From Emiliania huxleyi CCMP1516 (taxonomy: Eukaryota), in the NCBI RefSeq assembly GCF_000372725.1, contig NW_005202428.1, forward strand, positions 186,001 to 250,000: a stretch of DNA of 64,000 nucleotides. The letters are read 5' to 3'. The notes below the pieces were generated by a model. That model made no database searches. It was not told the origin of the DNA and saw only the letters and a program-made list of their open reading frames with translations. A program made the position numbers and the translations under genes. Each line of letters starts with the position of its first letter. Within the stretch, counting starts at the first letter, position 1. Below, one piece after another: positions 60,409 to 64,000 of this stretch.

Positions 60409-61328
60409 AGGCGCTTCGCAGTGGCGGCCGCAAGGCGCCCTCCAAAGGCAACAAGGTCGGAAGACGCAATAACCACAAATGCTGGCGAGAGGCGATCCGT
60501 TTTGTCGCCGTCAGCCAACCAGGGGCCGGCGCCTTCCTCAACGCCATCCCCATGCGTGATGATATGAAGATCATGGAGTCCTGCGTGGGCGATGCGCGTC
60601 ACCGTTCAGCGCCGCCTTGGGCTCCCCCTTGATGTCGCCTGCCAGGCGGTGGAGGCAGGCAAGAGGGCACCCAGCGGCCAGCTACACGACGTCCTTGGCG
60701 ACGCCGCGATGGTTAACCCTCGGTCAAAGCATGCTACAAGACACAAATTCCTACTCAAACCTTTGATCAAATGCCTCCGCTCGGCGTGGGGCATGATCAT
60801 CGAGATGGAGCCGACTGCACACCTCAGTTACAGTAATCCAAAACAACCTGACGTGGCGGCGGCAAACATCGGCAGGGGGCACAGGCGCCCTGTTGCCGAT
60901 TTGAAGCTCACGAGCTTGCTTGCGAGCAAGGGCAAGGACGCGGCCGGCGACGGAGAGCTCGGCTGGAAGGGGGCGTATGTTCGCTTCGGCAACACGGAGC
61001 CCGGGCTGCTCAATCTGGTCAAAGGGCGCGGCAAGTGGTCTCCGTCGGGAGCGACGGCAGCGGCGGTGGCGGAGGAGGAGGACGAGGAGGAGGGGGAGGG
61101 GGAGGAGGAGGAGGAGGAGGATGCCCCCAAGGGAAAGCTCCAGCAGCTGCCTGGCGATTACCGCTTTGCGCGGGAGCAATAAATAAATAAAGAAAACGGT
61201 CAAACTCTGAGACGAGATGGGATTTAGGGACGTGTGTCCCCATTTGCGCGGGAGCAGGATTGCGATCTACGTTTGTTTGATTTTGAGGCTTTCGGAGGCT
61301 TTGGAAAGGAGGTTCGCAGCACCCTGAG
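60409..61328 (+). mobile_element. CRE-like non-LTR retrotransposon fragment (second family), endonuclease region
   Basis: SQPGAGAFLNAIP...QRRLGLPL...TRH...EP...QPDV...DLK...FEAFGGFG after removing the 61179-61242 insertion and one TSD copy. Confidence 0.72.
61179..61242 (-). mobile_element. 64-bp retroposed tail B with 14-bp TSD
   Basis: TTTGCGCGGGAGCA at 61165-61178 and 61243-61256. Confidence 0.88.
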
Positions 61329-61377
61329 TGTGTGTGCCAGTCCGCGCCAGTCCGCGCCCTTGTCGTGCCAGTGTGCT

Positions 61378-61450
61378 AAGAAAGAAAGAAAACACACAAC
61401 CCAAGGGAGGGATGGGAGAACGGCACGCCGCCACCACACAGGGATTTTAA
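61378..61450 (-). mobile_element. 73-bp retroelement tail A insertion
   Basis: Interrupts a motif that is uninterrupted at 19367-19445. Confidence 0.8.
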
Positions 61451-61522
61451 GTGAGAGGCTTGTACCTCAAGAATTCTTTTCTTCGGCGAGAGAACTTCAT
61501 TTTTTGAATTCTTTTCTTCGCG

Positions 61523-62953
61523 ATGTCCACCCCGCCGCGCCGCTCGCGCCGCTCGCGCCGCCTCGCCCCCGCCGCCACAGCCGCTCCCTCGCCAGACACG
61601 CCGCCGCCCGCCCGCCTCCTCGACCTCCCCACGGACCTCCTCGTGCGCGTCGTCTCTCGCTGCGACCCCGTCGACATCGCTCGCGCCGCAGCCGTCTCGC
61701 TTCTCTTCCACGCCTCGCTTGCGGTGGAGGGCATCCGCTTGCGGGCGCAAGAGCGCGGCTACGAGCTGCCGGCGCAGCCAGAGGGCGAGAGGTGCGCCGT
61801 GCGGTGGCTGTGCGTTTCGGCGCTGCTGTGCGAGTCCAACCCGCCGGCGAGGGCGGCGGCAGGCCTTCATCACAGCCTCTTCATCGACGGCGAGGGGCGC
61901 CTCTCGTCGTGCGGCTCAGCGCTGTCATACTCTCCAGCCCTGCTGGGTCACGGCGAGGGCGTGACGCGGCTCAACTCTCCGACCCGCTTCCCGTCGACGC
62001 TGGGCGGCGAGCGCGCCGTGAGCGTGTCGGCAGCAGTCAACCACAGCCTCGCCCTCACTGCCGGCGGGGCCGTCTGGAGCTGGGGCAACGGTCTCTTGGG
62101 CCCGCTGGGCCACGGCGACGAGGAGGAGCAGTGGCAGCCAAAGAAAGTCGAGGCCTTGATTGGCCAGCGCGTCGTCGCCGTGTCGGCTGGAGGTCTGCAC
62201 AGCCTCGCAATAACTGCCGATGGAGCCGTCCGGAGCTGGGGCCATGGAGGCGAAGGCCGGTTGGGCCACGGCGACGAGCAGTACCAGCTGGAGCCCAAGA
62301 AGGTCGAGGCCTTTGCTGGCCAGCACGTCGTCGCAGTGTCGGCTGGGTGGCAGCACAGCCTCGCCCTTACCGCCGACGGCGCCGTCTGGAGCTGGGGCAG
62401 TGGAGTCTTTGGCAAGCTGGGCCACGGCGACGAGCAGCGCCAGCTGCTGCCAAAGAAGGTCGAGGCGTTGGCTGGCCAGCGCGTCGTCGCTGTGTCGACT
62501 GGAGCCGAGCACAACCTCGCCCTCACCGCCGACGGCGCCGTTTGGTCCTGGGGCAGGGGAGGCTTGGGCCAGTTGGGCCACGGCGACCGGCAGCAGCAGC
62601 TGCTGCCCAAGAAGGTCGAGGCGTTGGCTGGGCGGCGCGTCGTCGCTGTCTCGCCTGGAGATGCCCACAGCCTCGCCCTCACCGCCGATGGCGCCGTCTG
62701 GAGCTGGGGCGGACGACACGGCCTGCTAGGCCACGGCGACGAGCAGCGCCAGCTGCTGCCGAAGAAGATCGAGGCCTTTGCTGGCCAGCGCGTCGTCGCT
62801 GTGTCGGCGGGAGATGTGCACAGCTTCGCCATCACCGCCGGCGGCGCCGTCTTCGCCTGGGGCAAGGGCGACGACGGCTGCCTAGGCCACGGAGATGACC
62901 TGTCGAACCAGCTGCTGCCCAAGAAGGTCGAGGCGTGGGCGCCGGGGCAGTGA
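61523..62953 (+). CDS. F-box-like + RCC1-repeat protein (intronless, intact)
   Basis: LLDLPTDLLVRVVSRCDPVDIARAAAVS followed by about 7 RCC1 repeats. Confidence 0.93.
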   Translation: MSTPPRRSRRSRRLAPAATAAPSPDTPPPARLLDLPTDLLVRVVSRCDPVDIARAAAVSLLFHASLAVEGIRLRAQERGYELPAQPEGERCAVRWLCVSALLCESNPPARAAAGLHHSLFIDGEGRLSSCGSALSYSPALLGHGEGVTRLNSPTRFPSTLGGERAVSVSAAVNHSLALTAGGAVWSWGNGLLGPLGHGDEEEQWQPKKVEALIGQRVVAVSAGGLHSLAITADGAVRSWGHGGEGRLGHGDEQYQLEPKKVEAFAGQHVVAVSAGWQHSLALTADGAVWSWGSGVFGKLGHGDEQRQLLPKKVEALAGQRVVAVSTGAEHNLALTADGAVWSWGRGGLGQLGHGDRQQQLLPKKVEALAGRRVVAVSPGDAHSLALTADGAVWSWGGRHGLLGHGDEQRQLLPKKIEAFAGQRVVAVSAGDVHSFAITAGGAVFAWGKGDDGCLGHGDDLSNQLLPKKVEAWAPGQ

Positions 62954-63361
62954 TGCAAGGCAAGTTTCCACTCCGCGGGCGTTTGTCGAACAGGTGTGTG
63001 TGCGTGCGAGGCGGCAAGGAGCCGAGGGAGAGCCCCGCCAGTATTTCTTTGTTAGTGCCAGTGCGCGCCAGTCCCGTGCCCAGTGTCGTGCGAGGGAGGG
63101 TGGTAAAATTCTGTTTGAGCTACGGCTTTAGACTTCGATGTTAATAGAAACAAGCGTCAACGCAAGCCAGAGGTACACACAACATGACGCCAAACACACG
63201 ATTGCACACACCGCACCGCCCCCCGCCCCCCGCGACTGCCGCGCCTAGGTGGGAAGGATATGAGGAGAAAAAGAAAGAAAGAAAACGGACAAGCCAAGCG
63301 CCAAGGGAGGGATGGGATATACGACAGCGAAGAAAAGGAATCATTTTTCTTTTTCCGGAAG

Positions 63362-64000
63362 ATGAATTTTCCATTCCATCACGCTCCTCTGCTTCGGTGG
63401 CGCGGGGCTCGGTGTCCTATCCGAGCGATGCCAAAGCCTCTCGCGCCAGGCCCGGTCGCCCTCCCGCTCGTGGGCGCCCTCCCACAGATCGGGCTCGGCA
63501 TGCTCGCGCCCGGCGTCGCCGAGCAGCCGCACCGGCGCCTCGCTGCACTGTCGCAAACGTATGGCGACGTGATGACGGTCAACTTTGGGCGGGAGCCCTG
63601 GCTGGTCCTCTCCTCGCCCGAAGCTGTTCACGAGGCATTTGTGACCAAGGGCGGCGATTTCGCCGGCCGGCCTCAGGTGGCGTCCATGTCGCTCTCCGCG
63701 GGAAGCGGCAGGGCCGGCTTTGGCCGACCGCTGCCGGACGCGGGGCTTCGCGAGCTGCGCAGGGCCGCGTACTCAACGCTCTTCTCGGACGAGGCGGTCG
63801 CCGCCAAGCAGTCCGAACTCGAGGCGGAGGCGCACCTGCTCTCCGACCATCTCCTCGCCACGAGCGGGACAGGCGAGCCTCTCCGGCCGTCGCTGCGCCG
63901 GTGCGTCGGGAACATGGTGCTGCGCTTCGCCTTCTCGTCTCGCGTCCCGTACGCGAGCGAGGAGGGGGCCGCCGCGCCGCCCGCCCCAATCGCAGAGCTG
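63362..64000 (+). CDS. Cytochrome P450, 5' part (runs off the window)
   Basis: PGPVALPLVGALPQI...YGDVMTVNFGREPWLVLSSPEAVHEAFVTKGGDFAGRP; ATG at 63362 or 63428. Confidence 0.9.
   Translation, partial: MNFPFHHAPLLRWRGARCPIRAMPKPLAPGPVALPLVGALPQIGLGMLAPGVAEQPHRRLAALSQTYGDVMTVNFGREPWLVLSSPEAVHEAFVTKGGDFAGRPQVASMSLSAGSGRAGFGRPLPDAGLRELRRAAYSTLFSDEAVAAKQSELEAEAHLLSDHLLATSGTGEPLRPSLRRCVGNMVLRFAFSSRVPYASEEGAAAPPAPIAEL

Overview
This is GC-rich eukaryotic genomic DNA with four 100-N gaps. Many GC-AG introns, intronic 9-31 bp minisatellites and (CT)n/(GT)n tracts suggest an Emiliania/Gephyrocapsa-like haptophyte (inference). The window mixes four kinds of sequence. (i) Spliced host genes: ABCC transporter, TauD-type dioxygenase, GT77-like glycosyltransferase, SET protein, Vps55, P450 and an Ala/Lys/Glu-rich repeat protein. 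(ii) Intronless repeat-protein genes: three tandem F-box-kelch genes, two F-box-RCC1 genes plus a relic, and an ankyrin gene. (iii) Two toxin-like secreted or surface proteins. (iv) Mobile DNA: a TIR transposon with a 4-bp TSD and a nested Harbinger-type MITE, a second 4-bp-TSD MITE, CRE-like non-LTR retroelement fragments (one fused to a truncated RPS25 copy) and very short retroposed 3' tails. The most striking pattern is that many introns are bracketed by 7-31 nt direct repeats spanning the splice sites and filled with minisatellite, which suggests ongoing intron birth by insertion plus target-site duplication. All protein calls rest on motif recognition by eye; no database searches were run.
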